Below, piece after piece: positions 37,096-49,564 of a DNA stretch of 64,000 nucleotides. The stretch is from the NCBI GenBank assembly GCA_003427395.1, contig BFEA01000023.1, positions 1,579,937 to 1,643,936 of the forward strand, in the 5' to 3' direction. Made by a program: the position numbers and the translations under genes. Under the pieces are notes generated by a model, which was not told the origin of the DNA, ran no database searches, and saw only the letters and a program-made list of their open reading frames with translations. The stretch's first letter is position 1; every line of letters begins with the position of its first letter. The stretch comes from Chara braunii (lineage: Eukaryota > Plantae > Charophyceae).

Positions 37096-37476
37096 GCGCT
37101 GCTTCATCCAATCCTCTTTGCTAGAGGGACCTCGCCCCTGGAGATGGCGCGACGCTACACGACAAGATTGCGACGCCCATGGCTGCCGATCTTTGTAGAG
37201 TCATCTCATCTACGGTCAGAAATCAGCTCTAACTGATTCTTTCCTTTTCCGGTCTGTGTAAACACCGCTCTCGCTGCTGACGGAAAAGGAAACCATTCGA
37301 AAAAAAAAAAAAGTGAAAGTATTTCCGGGTAGAACACATGATATGTATCTGCGAACCCAAAACTGAGGGTTTCATATTAAGAAAATTCTTATAACTGGAA
37401 GAAAAAAAAAAAAAAAAAAAAAAAAAACTTGACAGAAACTGCAAAAATGGGGGAAAAAAAAAACAAAAAAAAAGGA

Positions 37477-37566
<90 letters not shown>

Positions 37567-37766
37567 AAAACGGAGAAAAAGTTCCCGCTCGTTAAATACC
37601 TGCAGTAGGCAGTCGTGTCCATCACGCGCTTGTACGGCCCCACCATCGTCACGGGAGAGAGGTCCCGCCTTTTCTACCTTTGTTGATGATGTCAACGTTT
37701 ATTTGACCTCACACGTCAGCAGCAGAAGCGCCACGTGTCCCGCCGCTGTAATGTCAAGGATGATAC

Positions 37767-37804
37767 CTGTCTCTTATACACATCTAGATGTGTATAAGAG
37801 ACAG
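37767..37804. other. Nextera mate-pair junction adapter (assembly artefact)
   Basis: Exact 38-bp junction sequence. Confidence 0.98.
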
Positions 37805-37806
37805 GA

Positions 37807-37853
<47 letters not shown>

Positions 37854-38329
37854 AGCGAAAGAATGATGTCGAAGGGAAGAAGAGAAGGGTGGCTGTCGAT
37901 CGTGGCAAGATGAGTGGACAACACGCACAAGAGTAGAGATTGTGAGTAGAGCGACGATTGAAGAAAACTTCCCAAGTCAGAAATCGACGGTTAAAACGGC
38001 TCCTCGAATCGAATATATATATATGTAAAAAAAGGAGCCTAGAATATGATTTCCACGCACGTGACTCAAATTCGGGAGCATCAGTCGAACCGAATTGTTT
38101 TTGTGGAGCGAAAAAAAAATAAAAAAAAATGACAGGAAGGCCGGAGAGGCGCGAACCCGAAAAAAGGAAAAAATAAACCCGCGGAAGAAGAGTCGCAAAA
38201 GATTCGTCTTTTTTCAAATTCTTCTCTCAAAATTCTTTCACCTTTCAGGATCTACCTACCACTACTCCTAAGGCTATAAAAGGGACCCCTCCCCGACCGT
38301 TATGCAAGCGATGCCAACTACAAAATTAG

Positions 38330-38475
38330 CGCCGCATTGGCCTCGCTCCACTCACTACTGTAGACATGTGCAAAAAGAGAGTGAATCTTCCTCTAGAACA
38401 CGGAAAGATACACCGCCATGATTTTTGTATTTTGTACAAGTCGAGAGTAGTGGAGCGAGGCCCATTAGCGCGGCG
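38330..38475. mobile_element. Degenerate foldback MITE
   Basis: GGCCTCGCTCCACT / AGTGGAGCGAGGCC inverted pair with further flanking complementarity. Confidence 0.55.
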
Positions 38476-39236
38476 ATGACTGTCGCACAGATGTGCCCGC
38501 GGCGCAACCGTGGCTGTGGCACCGCCGTTACAGTAAGGGCATACTCACGCTGGGACTTGTTTTTTTTTTGTTTTTTTTTTCGCTGGGACTTTTCGACTCA
38601 GCTCCAGGCACAGATGCGCGATTACATCCATTAACGTCTGGCCGTAATTGAGGTCAGATACATTCATAAAAGTCCTGGTGTGACTACGCCGGTATCCATC
38701 CTCCGTGGCATTTCCATTTCTCTCAGTCTGTGCGTGGCATCCTGAGGGCACACTCACACTAGCCCTCTCCTCAATGCATCTGACTGCAAGTACAGCCTCT
38801 AGTGGATGCATCTGACGGCAATCACGTCCAGAGCTTTGTCGAGAAGGCGCAACGCAAACCACCTTCATAGATTGCCCCAATTTTAATTTTACCGATTTGT
38901 ATGTATGTCCCTCCCGACGTCTCCCGTGGCAGCTCGTTCCCACATCCACGTTGACGGCCCGTTTTTTCTTGTTTCTCCTTGTTTTTTTTTGCTTTTTCTG
39001 TTTTTTTTTTGTTTTTTTTGTTTTTTGGCGCCCCGTTTTGATCGGCAACATTTGGGGAGAATTAGGGCATACTGACATCACAACTTTCCGGGATGTATGA
39101 GAGCGCGTTTACGACCAGATTCGGACGAAAATGTCCTACGTAGCGAGGGAGTATAGGGTTTATTTGTGTTGTGGTCGTTTGTTGGTCGCGCCTCGCCGCA
39201 CCATTCGACAAAAGCCAGCATTTTCAATTTTTTGTG

Positions 39237-39716
39237 GGGAAAAATGCATCTGTACCCCATTTAAAAATGGGAATACCCGCTATGCCCAGTCCCAGCACGG
39301 ACTTGCATCTATACCCCCGTAGGGCGTTCAACTTTGCATAGTACCCCATTTTTCCCCTGTGCAAAATTGTAGGTGTACCCAATCCCGCAGGCCCTGGATT
39401 CAGAGCACGAAATTATGCTCCTGCCCACCAAGAATGAGCGTAATTTCAGCCATCTGGGTAGCAGGGTGTATGAGCAATTTGGCCTCTCCTCATCAGATCC
39501 CAGGTATGCCCATAATTTTGCCTGGGTATGTCCACAATTTGTGCATTGGGTAGTTGGGTATAACTGCAATTTTGCGGTACCAACATGGGTCCACCTCAGT
39601 CCTGGGCATGCAAACAGTTTCCACCAGCCGTTTTCTGGGTATAGACGCAAGTTGGCGCTGGGACTGGGTATAGCCGGTATTCCCATCTTTAAGTGGGGTA
39701 CAGATGCAATTTTCCC
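39237..39716. mobile_element. Long-TIR (Mutator-like) non-autonomous element
   Basis: ~80-bp TIRs GGGAAAAATGCATCTGTACCCCATTTAAAAATGGGAATACC... / ...GGTATTCCCATCTTTAAGTGGGGTACAGATGCAATTTTCCC; TSD unclear in T-rich flanks. Confidence 0.75.
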
Positions 39717-41580
39717 TTTTCTTCTTGAATGTATAGGGACCCAGGTTCAAATGCATTCAGAACGTTGGCGTTCCATTTGCAGCTCGTGTACGGCCATGAC
39801 TTTCTTCTCTCAGTTTCACCTTTCACTACCTACCTACCACTTCTCCTAAGTCTATACAGGGGACCCCTGCAAGCATAGCTACATCTATACAGGGGATGCA
39901 TGTTGCCCGCCCACCGGCGGTGGTCAGGGAGTGGGGTGGGGTGGCAGGTGGGGGGGCCGGCAACGCAAAGACCGAGCATTTTGCCAGTAGGTGTGCCTCC
40001 CATCTACTTCCCCCACCCCCGTCGAGTAACAGCAGTGTCTATGGCCACAGTCTCCCACACACCACAGCCACGACTTTCGGATAATTCGGGAGTATCAGCT
40101 GCAATTTAGAGGGTGGACAGTCATTGATCCCGACATCCCGGACTTAATCCCCCCCCTTCCACTGTCTTTGGTGGAGATCTTGGAAGAGGAGGACTAGGGT
40201 GTTGCGGGAGAGGAAGGAAAGGAACGGAGGAACAAGGTCTAGGCTCCGGAGCCCCCCTCGAGAAGACACCTCCGCACCCCCTCGGCCTCCCTCATCTCGT
40301 CCACAAGCCGACGTTTTCTATCATTTCAGATAATCTCAAATTCCCTTGTATGATACTGGGGATAGGGGGTGCGCTTGGAGTATTGACGAGAGGATTCAGG
40401 ACCACCTCTCGTCAATACTCCTGCCTTCCTACCCCCAAAAAAACGTACGTACGTTTAGAAATCGCTTTTTTTTTCGAACGTACGGTCAAATACAACGTAC
40501 AAATGTTGTATTAATTTTTTTGCAATTTTGACTTTTAAAAAATAATCAGAAAATTTCAAAAAGAAACAAATGTTGCACAACAATGCAATACAAACAACTT
40601 TTTCGCAAGGGTCTTGTCAAAATTCACAACCAAAGTCGAAAAAAAAACAAAAACGAGGATAAAAATATTTTTTACGGTAGAAACATTCTATTTACTGAAC
40701 CTCGGGGTGGCCAGATGGACCTAAGGGTCAATTGCATGAATGCCCCCATTCCTTTTCTTCCTCTGTTTTGCGAGAGTTTGGTCCCATGGCTGTCAGGACG
40801 CGCCTTGGCGAGTGCATGAATAACGACTGACGCAACTTTTTCTTCTTTTTTTTTGGGGGGGGGGATTTGGGCAAGGAGCTTTGGCGCGATCATCGTGCGG
40901 GGAATCTTTTTGAATTTTGGAACTCTTTGGAAAAAATGTGGGAGACCGCGCGGGTAGTCGGAGTGAGGACTCTAATTAAGTTGGATTTTGGGGACATCGC
41001 ACTTTTTTTGTAATTGCACGATGCTCCTTACTCGCGCGCGATTTGCTGTGCTCTGTCCGACACTCTGTTCCCCTCGCGCCTTATTTCTAATCTTAATTGT
41101 GTTCCTTTCTTGGTGAGTGCGGGTATAACTATAATCTTCTCCCTCTTGGCTTCTCTTTGTGGTGAAACATGCGGCCCTTTCCCCTTCGTCTCGTTGGCCA
41201 GAGCGGTACATGACTGGATTGATGTGTGAAGAGTGACTACATCCCTCACGCCGCTGCCCAGGCATGCGAAACGTAGGCACCTCCTTCCTTTCTCTCTCCC
41301 CCTGTCCTAGCATAATCCTGACTATCTCGTGCAAATGCTAATTACTATAAATTTCAGAAGCGTGACTAAATCGCTCTCTAATCTAAACTTGGGGGAGTTA
41401 GCCCGGTCGAGAGGATCGGCTAACGAGTGTGAGCATGCAAAAAGGTGAGTCCGAAGTTGGGCGATCCGACGAGCTTGTGGCGAATGCGCGGGGTTGACGT
41501 GTGGTCGCGACGGACTGTGGCACACGGGGCTAGCAGCCCTTCCTAACCTACAGCCCGAGATGATGAACTATATTTGTTAA

Positions 41581-41923
41581 AGCACCAGTACATTGGCACC
41601 TGGGCCGGGGGCCTGACACCTCAAATTCTGTAGGCTCGAAACGAAACCGCGACCGCCGATCTAATTTATCAATGGCAGGCGTTTTCTTGTGGCGACAAGT
41701 TTCGGACTGCAAGGCTGGGGCCATGTACTGGTGGCTTAAACCACCAGTACTTGGCCCAGCTATCGGTCGCGCCGCGCCTTTAGGGCTTCAGGGTACCGGG
41801 CCACAATGGCTGGAAGCGCCAGCCAAAAAAAAAAAAAAAAACGGTACCTTGACGTTTCGGCAAAAATTAATGCGCAGGGGCATTCTAGGCTCGACATCGA
41901 TAGTTGGGTCAAGTACTGCTGGT
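41581..41923. mobile_element. Two adjacent TTAA-flanked MITEs (41581-41735 and 41740-41923) sharing one TTAA
   Basis: TTAA|A(G/C)CACCAGTAC ... GTACTG(G/C)TGG(C/T)|TTAA termini; TTAA at 41577, 41736 and 41924. Confidence 0.75.
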
Positions 41924-44003
41924 TTAAACAGGGAGCTTCGGGCCAGAGACAAGTAAAATGATCATTAGGGGCCTTCTACTATGGGGAACACAACAAGGAT
42001 GGCTGCCCACTTGAAGGCCTTTTTATCTCCCCNCCCCCCCCCGCCCCCCCCTCCCTCTCCCCCCCCGCCCAGATCCCCAAGATGAAAATGTTGTGCTTGG
42101 TTTCCCTTTACCACTAAGAAAAAAGATAAAATTAAGCCCCTAAAACTTCAAATTATGTCTGGGCAATTCCAAATGTATAAAGCCGTTTGTTTTTTTTTAT
42201 AGAAAATTGCTCCAATTTATTTGTGGGGAACATCACGTGCTGGGAACCGGGCCCAACGTCCCTTATAATGGGAATACATTGATGATTGACAATTGATGAT
42301 AATTTATGATAATTTGGGATGACGGAGGATCATTTAGGATGATTTAGGATGTTAGAGTGGATGATTGAGGTCATGAAATAGAGCTAGATGATAACTAATC
42401 AGAATGATTGTCTACTCAGCACTCAAATACTATCCTATCCCTAATTTCCTATATCCATTTCAACCAACCAATCAACAATTGAGCCCGTGTTGTGCACCAA
42501 TCGGGCTTTTGCCCGGTCTCACACCCCAATCTGGCTCGGTTACAGGGCAACGCTACCCACCCCAGCTCCGACCATCGTTCAAGTTGGCCAGATTGTAGCC
42601 ATTAGTCAAGTTTGCAGATTGCCTTCCTCCCTCGCCAATCCCACACCTCTATACAACGCCTCAAGCTCCTACTCAAGCAGGTTATAGGGCACTGCCCCAG
42701 CGCCGGCTAGCGTCGTTCTGGCACCAACTCGACCTGGCTATTACACAAAAAGACTCAATTAGGAAATTAGCTAATCTAGAATGCCAACTATAAATCTAGG
42801 ATCTGATAATATCCAAGTCTTGATCAACAAAACTTTATGATGATGAAATTTGACGAGTACCCTGAGATGATCACAAAGATGATGGATAATGATGACGATG
42901 TTGATGATTATGGTTCCTCTCCACCCCTCCCCTTCTTTCATGTACTCTCCTCCTCTCCCCATTTCCTTTTCTCCTCTCGCTGCCTCCGCTGAGCCGAACC
43001 TTGCTATCAGCATGAAGTTCCTATCAGCTCCAACGAGAGAGAGAACCTCCCCATTCGCTTCTACCTTGAGGTAACCAGTTCCCCCAAAAGGTGTACCTCA
43101 AAACTAACACTCTGACCTAGTATGCCTCCGCCAGGAGATAATGCGCCCCCATATATATCTCCCAGCCCCAACCCAAGTCAGCTCCCATCATTTGTGTCTA
43201 CTCCCTGGAGGGCAATCACCTCCCACGTTGTGTTACCCCTGCAGAGTAGCGCTCCCTTCCTGACCAACCTACCTACCAACTAGACCATAACCTATCTGGC
43301 GAAGAGAATACAACCACCAAAACAGAGATAACTACTGATTGATGAAAAATCAGAAAAAATGAATAAAGAAACCGTGATGATGATGATGATGATGATAAAG
43401 ATTCAGATTAGGAGATGATGATGATGATGATGATGATGATGAAATAAAATTGGCGAAAATAAGTAAGGAACATCTGACTTGCGATGCCCTAATGGCATCG
43501 ATGTTGGAAGATTGACAGCTCACTATTGTTGTAATGAAAATAGAAGATGACAATGATTACGATTTTGACATAGAAGTCCGAATGATGATCATGAAGAAGA
43601 TAAGAAAGGGAAATGGTGAGGATGATAACCGTCAACAGTGAAATGCAGATGGCGACCAGCAGCAAAAAAAAATACGCGGGTGACACGAATGACAAGCAAC
43701 TTTGATGTGTGAAGACAACCAGTGGCAATGCCGATGATAAACCAATGCTTCAGATGAAAAAAACTGCACACGAAAAACAACAACAAAGAACACAAGACTG
43801 AAGAAAAGCTCCCTTGATGATGATCTCGCCGACTAGAAATGTTTTTACTCTATTTTTCCCTCCGCTGCAGTATTGAAAGTCAGGTGCATAGTCTGCGCAT
43901 GGATGGGTCCTGCATCTGGGCTCACCCTGACAGTGCCAGTAATGCAATTTCAATTTTTCTGCAGGGTACTGGTAGCATGGTAGCGCCGGATTTATTATTA
44001 TTA

Positions 44004-44065
<62 letters not shown>

Positions 44066-44491
44066 TTAAACAATCCGCCTGCGTCAACAGCTAGGAGTGA
44101 TGGTAAGAGCATACACTCCTACCTATCTTACAGGGGGCTCCAATCTATTGGTGGGGGTAGCGCCGGATATTGGTCCCGTGCCCATAAGAAATATGACAGT
44201 TATCCCGCACGCACCTGCCAGCTACCCGAGAGGCCCATGAAAAGCCTCCGCCTACAAGACCAAAATGGCTTACAGCACCTGGTAGCCCATATCCACAACG
44301 ATTCATAATTATGTGAGGGGTGGGCAAAAATGTTCATAGAAAAAAAAAAAAAAAAAAAGTTCATAGAAAAAAAGAATCGCAGATACTACTGTCTTTCCGC
44401 GATTCTGAATGCATACAAGCCATCTTTCCGGTTAAATGCAGTCATAATGAGGATGCGTTGTGTTCGGCGGTGGAAGATGGTAGTGGTTTAA

Positions 44492-44688
44492 AACCACTGG
44501 TACCTCACCCCACTATTTCACCCCCGTTAAATGCAGTCATAATGAGGATGCCGTGAATTTCGGGGATTACGTTACCGGAGCAAAATGGCTGGCACCAGTG
44601 GCCAAAAGAAGGTGAGTGCCACTTCGTTTTTTTTGGGTGTGCAGGCATTTCCAGGGTCGGGAAAATGTTGGGCAAAGGTACCGGTGGT
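44492..44688. mobile_element. TTAA-type MITE
   Basis: TTAA-AACCACTGGTACCT ... AGGTACCGGTGGT-TTAA; internal AATGGCTGG..CCA motif shared with 41805 and 45121. Confidence 0.65.
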
Positions 44689-44822
44689 TTAATGCGCTGG
44701 CAAGCATCAAGACAACCCTCTCAAATGAGCTCAGCTGGAGAATAGGCCTGCACGGGTCGCATTTTTTTTTTTTTTTTTTTTTTTTTTTCAGGTCGGAAAT
44801 ATGGACTAAAGAGAGGTGGAAA

Positions 44823-45021
44823 GGGGAAACTACATGGGAGTCGCCAAAACGAGTTATAATTGCACTAGGGGCCAAGATACAGTTTTGAATTGCAGTTCGG
44901 GCAGTGTATACAACCCAGCTTTCTGGCCAGGTAGGGTGCCGGGAGTGCAATTGCAAACTGTATCTTGCCCCCTAGTGCAACTATAACTCTCGTTTATGAC
45001 TCTACTGAAGTTAGTTACCCC
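44823..45021. mobile_element. Foldback MITE (Mutator-like GGGG...CCCC termini)
   Basis: GAGTTATAATTGCACTAGGGG..CAAGATACAGTTT / AAACTGTATCTTGCCCCCTAGTGCAACTATAACTC. Confidence 0.65.
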
Positions 45022-45543
45022 TTTTCTTTTCCTTTTTTAAACCCCTCTACGTTTCCCAGCCAAGGAATAAAATATGTGGCTTGCATGCAGCCGCAACTTT
45101 CCGGGCTCGGCCTCCGGGGCAAAATGGCTGGAGCGCCAGCCAAAAGGAGGCCTGCCCCCGAGGAATGCGCCTTTTTTTGGGTGTGCAGGGAATTTCCAGC
45201 CCCGGAGGAACGTGCCTCGGAAGCATCGGAGGGGACCAACTATTGGAGGCGACGAGATGATCTGGACTCTTTTTTTTTTTTTGAAAAGCCCAGGTTGTTG
45301 TAGAGGTGGGATACTAGACGGATGGCAGTCACCCACAGTACTCGGCCACTATTGTTATGGAAAGAAGAACGATGCGTAAGTCAGCTGAGGGTGGTAAGCC
45401 CTCCTCAAAAGGAGCGATCAATGACTTGACAATGTGACCCTGGAGAATCGCCACCGATAAGGGAGGGGGGGGGGGGGATGGAGAGTGAGCTAGCATGACG
45501 TGCTCCCCATCAGTCAGTCCGAAATACGCATCAAGAGGCTCAC

Positions 45544-45912
45544 TGCAGATGGGGATGCAGCAGGGTGTTGTAGAGGCCAAGACCAGACCTGCGGTGATTG
45601 CTGGCTGCTAGCCTTTAATGGCGTGTGCACTGTTCTCAGCTTTTCATTGCAATGGGACGCTGCTCCTGTTTCCCGTCAGGTTTCAGCTCGCCGCTAATAA
45701 ATGGACCAAAATTGTACTGAGAAAAAAAGAAAAAAGAAAAGGCAGTGAGAAAAGAACATCTGGGCTCTCCCAGCTAGACAGCTGAGAATCCATAGTCAAG
45801 ATCCTAATCCAGGAAGAGCAAGAGAATAGGGGACAGTGACAGATCATGTACAGTCGTCAGTGAGAGACTAGGGCCAGCCCAACACTCTGACAACTGCTCT
45901 CTCTCTCTCTGA

Positions 45913-45963
<51 letters not shown>

Positions 45964-46065
45964 GTCTCTTATACACATCTAGATGTGTATAAGAGACAGA
46001 CTTACCACTCGTGAGGAAGAAAAGAAAAGAAAAGAAAAAAACGAATGAAAAAAATAATAAAAAAA

Positions 46066-46100
<35 letters not shown>

Positions 46101-46188
46101 GAAAAAGAAAAACGGAGAAAAAGTTCCCGCTCGTTAAATACCTGCAGTAGGCAGTCGTGTCCATCACGCGCTTGTACGGCCCCACCAT
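45544..46188 (-). CDS. Possible first two coding exons (46188-46142, 45588-45544) of an unidentified gene: MVGPYKRVMDTTAYCRSGLGLYNTLLHPHL
   Basis: CAG|GTATTT donor, CGCAG| acceptor, |GTGAGC donor, open joined frame. No downstream exon found, and an adapter lies in the putative intron. Confidence 0.25.
45962..45999. other. Nextera mate-pair junction adapter (assembly artefact)
   Basis: Exact 38-bp junction sequence. Confidence 0.98.
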
Positions 46189-46652
46189 CGTCACGGGAGA
46201 GAGGTCCCGCCTTTTCTACCTTTGTTGATGATGTCAACGTTTATTTGACCTCACACGTCAGCAGCAGAAGCGCCACGTGTCCCGCCGCTGTAATGTCAAG
46301 GATGAAGATGATGAAGATGGCAGCAGTTCTTTTTTTTTTAAGGGGGAGGTGAGGGGGTGAGGGGGGGCGGGGGGGTTACCGGGGGAAAGAACAAGTGCAA
46401 TAACGATGGCGATGGCGATAATAAAAATGACGGTGAAGGTGCTAGTATCAATGAATAGACCACCTTCTTCCACCCTCGTGCTTTATTTTTCCCTATTTGT
46501 GAACACGGTGGAGCCGCCACGTGTCACATTCTCTTTTGTCTGACGATGGCGACTTTTATCGCAATCATTGCAATCAATGCACTTTGCCCTCCAATCTATC
46601 TTCTACCTCGAAAGACATCCAATAAATATCAAGTTGTAGACAAATAGAACTC

Positions 46653-46708
<56 letters not shown>

Positions 46709-48052
46709 NNNNNNNNNNNNNNNNNNNNNNNNNNNNNNNNNNNNNNNNNNNNNNNNNNNNNNNNNNNNNNNNNNNNNNNNNNNNNNNNNNNNNNNNNNNN
46801 NNNNNNNNNNNNNNNNNNNNNNNNNNNNNNNNNNNNNNNNNNNNNNNNNNNNNNNNNNNNNNNNNNNNNNNNNNNNNNNNNNNNNNNNNNNNNNNNNNNN
46901 NNNNNNNNNNNNNNNNNNNNNNNNNNNNNNNNNNNNNNNNNNNNNNNNNNNNNNNNNNNNNNNNNNNNNNNNNNNNNNNNNNNNNNNNNNNNNNNNNNNN
47001 NNNNNNNNNNNNNNNNNNNNNNNNNNNNNNNNNNNNNNNNNNNNNNNNNNNNNNNNNNNNNNNNNNNNNNNNNNNNNNNNNNNNNNNNNNNNNNNNNNNN
47101 NNNNNNNNNNNNNNNNNNNNNNNNNNNNNNNNNNNNNNNNNNNNNNNNNNNNNNNNNNNNNNNNNNNNNNNNNNNNNNNNNNNNNNNNNNNNNNNNNNNN
47201 NNNNNNNNNNNNNNNNNNNNNNNNNNNNNNNNNNNNNNNNNNNNNNNNNNNNNNNNNNNNNNNNNNNNNNNNNNNNNNNNNNNNNNNNNNNNNNNNNNNN
47301 NNNNNNNNNNNNNNNNNNNNNNNNNNNNNNNNNNNNNNNNNNNNNNNNNNNNNNNNNNNNNNNNNNNNNNNNNNNNNNNNNNNNNNNNNNNNNAAAAAAA
47401 AAAAGACTCATGATTAGTTATGCCGTATTGTTGGCTAACGTAATATCATGGAATCGGATGTGGGTCTAGGGCTGTATTAGATGCTGCAGTCCAGCCCCAC
47501 CCCAGCCTGCCTTTTTCAGCGCTTCAATGGTCAATTTCTGAGAAGCATTAGGTTTACAGAGCGGTCACATGAATAACGGACGCTGGACCCGGTTTCCAGC
47601 ATGAGTTCCAGTCCGGGTTGAATTGTGGGGTCCCCGGCCTCCCTGTTGCGCTTCGATATTGGAAATAAAAGTCACGGCTGGACATACATCCCCTTGGGCT
47701 GACGCATGGTACTATTACAGACACTGCCTGCGCACCACCCAAGGGGTAGTCCTGGTTGTTGTATGCTGGGTCTTGACTATGCGTGGGTTGCTTGATGTAG
47801 CTATTGATTGTTCTGAAATTCTCCCCTGTTCTGGCATTCCATACATTGGCATCAATTAAGAAGACAGCACATAAGATAGGGCATTGTAGTTACACAACAC
47901 AGGGTGTGGGTTCGAGTCTGGCTAGAGACTTTGGGGCGGTTTCTTGCACAGACCGGCCCACCATTCATAGGACAATACAACCCTACACATATATACAGAA
48001 CTCAATTGGGGCTTGGTGGGGGTCCACACTACTGCTGGGGTTGGCTGGAGAT

Positions 48053-48272
48053 CAAGGCTTCGCGCTTGTCCCTGTCCAGCCTCAGTATCTAGAACCATGG
48101 CATATACACATACATGACTGGGGCTAGGCTGGGGTTTTCAAGGCTTCGCGCTTGTCCTTGCCTGGCCTCGGTATCAAGAACCATGGATAACACACAGATA
48201 GCACGAACACACATGACTGGAGCTGGCTGGGGCTCAAGGCTTCGCGCTTGGCCCTGTCCAGCCTCAGTATCT
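48053..48272. repeat. ~85-95-bp tandem repeat x3 (CAAGGCTTCGCGCTTG core)
   Basis: Core at about 48053, 48139 and 48235. Confidence 0.8.
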
Positions 48273-49081
48273 GACATCTGTAGAAAGGAGAAACATGGGG
48301 GAGTGATATGAGCATCCCCTCCTAGCGGGCCACCTGGTTGCTCCAATCTATTGGTGGGGAGTGGCACCGGCTGGAAAACGGGTCCAGCGTCCCACTGAGC
48401 ATCTTCAGAACTGATTTTCACTGTCTTGACATCACTGATTCCGTCAATTTCCGTGAGACAAAATTCCGGCAGTTTTATATCCCAGGCTCCACCTTTTCCT
48501 CTTTTTTCGTTCAGCCTGGAGAGGTGATTTGAAAAAAAAAAAAAAAAAAAAAAAAAAAAAANNNNNNNNNNNNNNNNNNNNNNNNNNNNNNNNNNNNNNN
48601 NNNNNNNNNNNNNNNNNNNNNNNNNNNNNNNNNNNNNNNNNNNNNNNNNNNNNNNNNNNNNNNNNNNNNNNNNNNNNNNNNNNNNNNNNNNNNNNNNNNN
48701 NNNNNNNNNNNNNNNNNNNNNNNNNNNNNNNNNNNNNNNNNNNNNNNNNNNNNNNNNNNNNNNNNNNNNNNNNNNNNNNNNNNNNNNNNNNNNNNNNNNN
48801 NNNNNNNNNNNNNNNNNNNNNNNNNNNNNNNNNNNNNNNNNNNNNNNNNNNNNNNNNNNNNNNNNNNNNNNNNNNNNNNNNNNNNNNNNNNNNNNNNNNN
48901 NNNNNNNNNNNNNNNNNNNNNNNNNNNNNNNNNNNNNNNNNNNNNNNNNNNNNNNNNNAGCCTAGCAATAGACCAGCAATCATCCAGGTTTTTCTAAATT
49001 TTCCTGAACTTCTTCCCGTCTTGTGCCGCGACGACGTGGTTACACTGCGAGATCGGTGCCGCTGGCTCCATTGTTCTTTTT

Positions 49082-49165
<84 letters not shown>

Positions 49166-49564
49166 CCCCCCCGTCTGATGGGCTCAGTTGGCATCTGCCT
49201 GTACTTGTTTTTTCTTCTTTTTTTCTGTTTAGTCAATCACATTCACAACCTGTCAAAAAGAGAGTCAACAGGGCACATATGGGCCTTGCCACACCACTCT
49301 CGAAATCTGAAAAAGACAAAAATGTGGTAGGTGCATCTGGCCATGTTCTAGGGGGAAGTCCATTCTCATTTTGCACGTTTCGGGAGTGGTGTGGCGATGC
49401 CCTATGTGTTAAACCGTCCATACGCCCGGGCCTGGAGTGTGCACCAAGCTTTTCCGATCTGCCAGCGGTGGTGCGCTTTTTTCCTTTTTTGGCTGATGCG
49501 GCCAGCCATTGCTGTCCGGTAGAGCTCCGCACGGCCAAAATTTAGGAGTTTGAAACTCGCGTGT

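Noticed and set aside
12523-49083. Long ORFs spanning N-gaps or microsatellites (poly-X, SLSL, CVCV, poly-K/F, 31242-31911)
   Set aside because: They result from gaps and low-complexity DNA and show no protein motifs.
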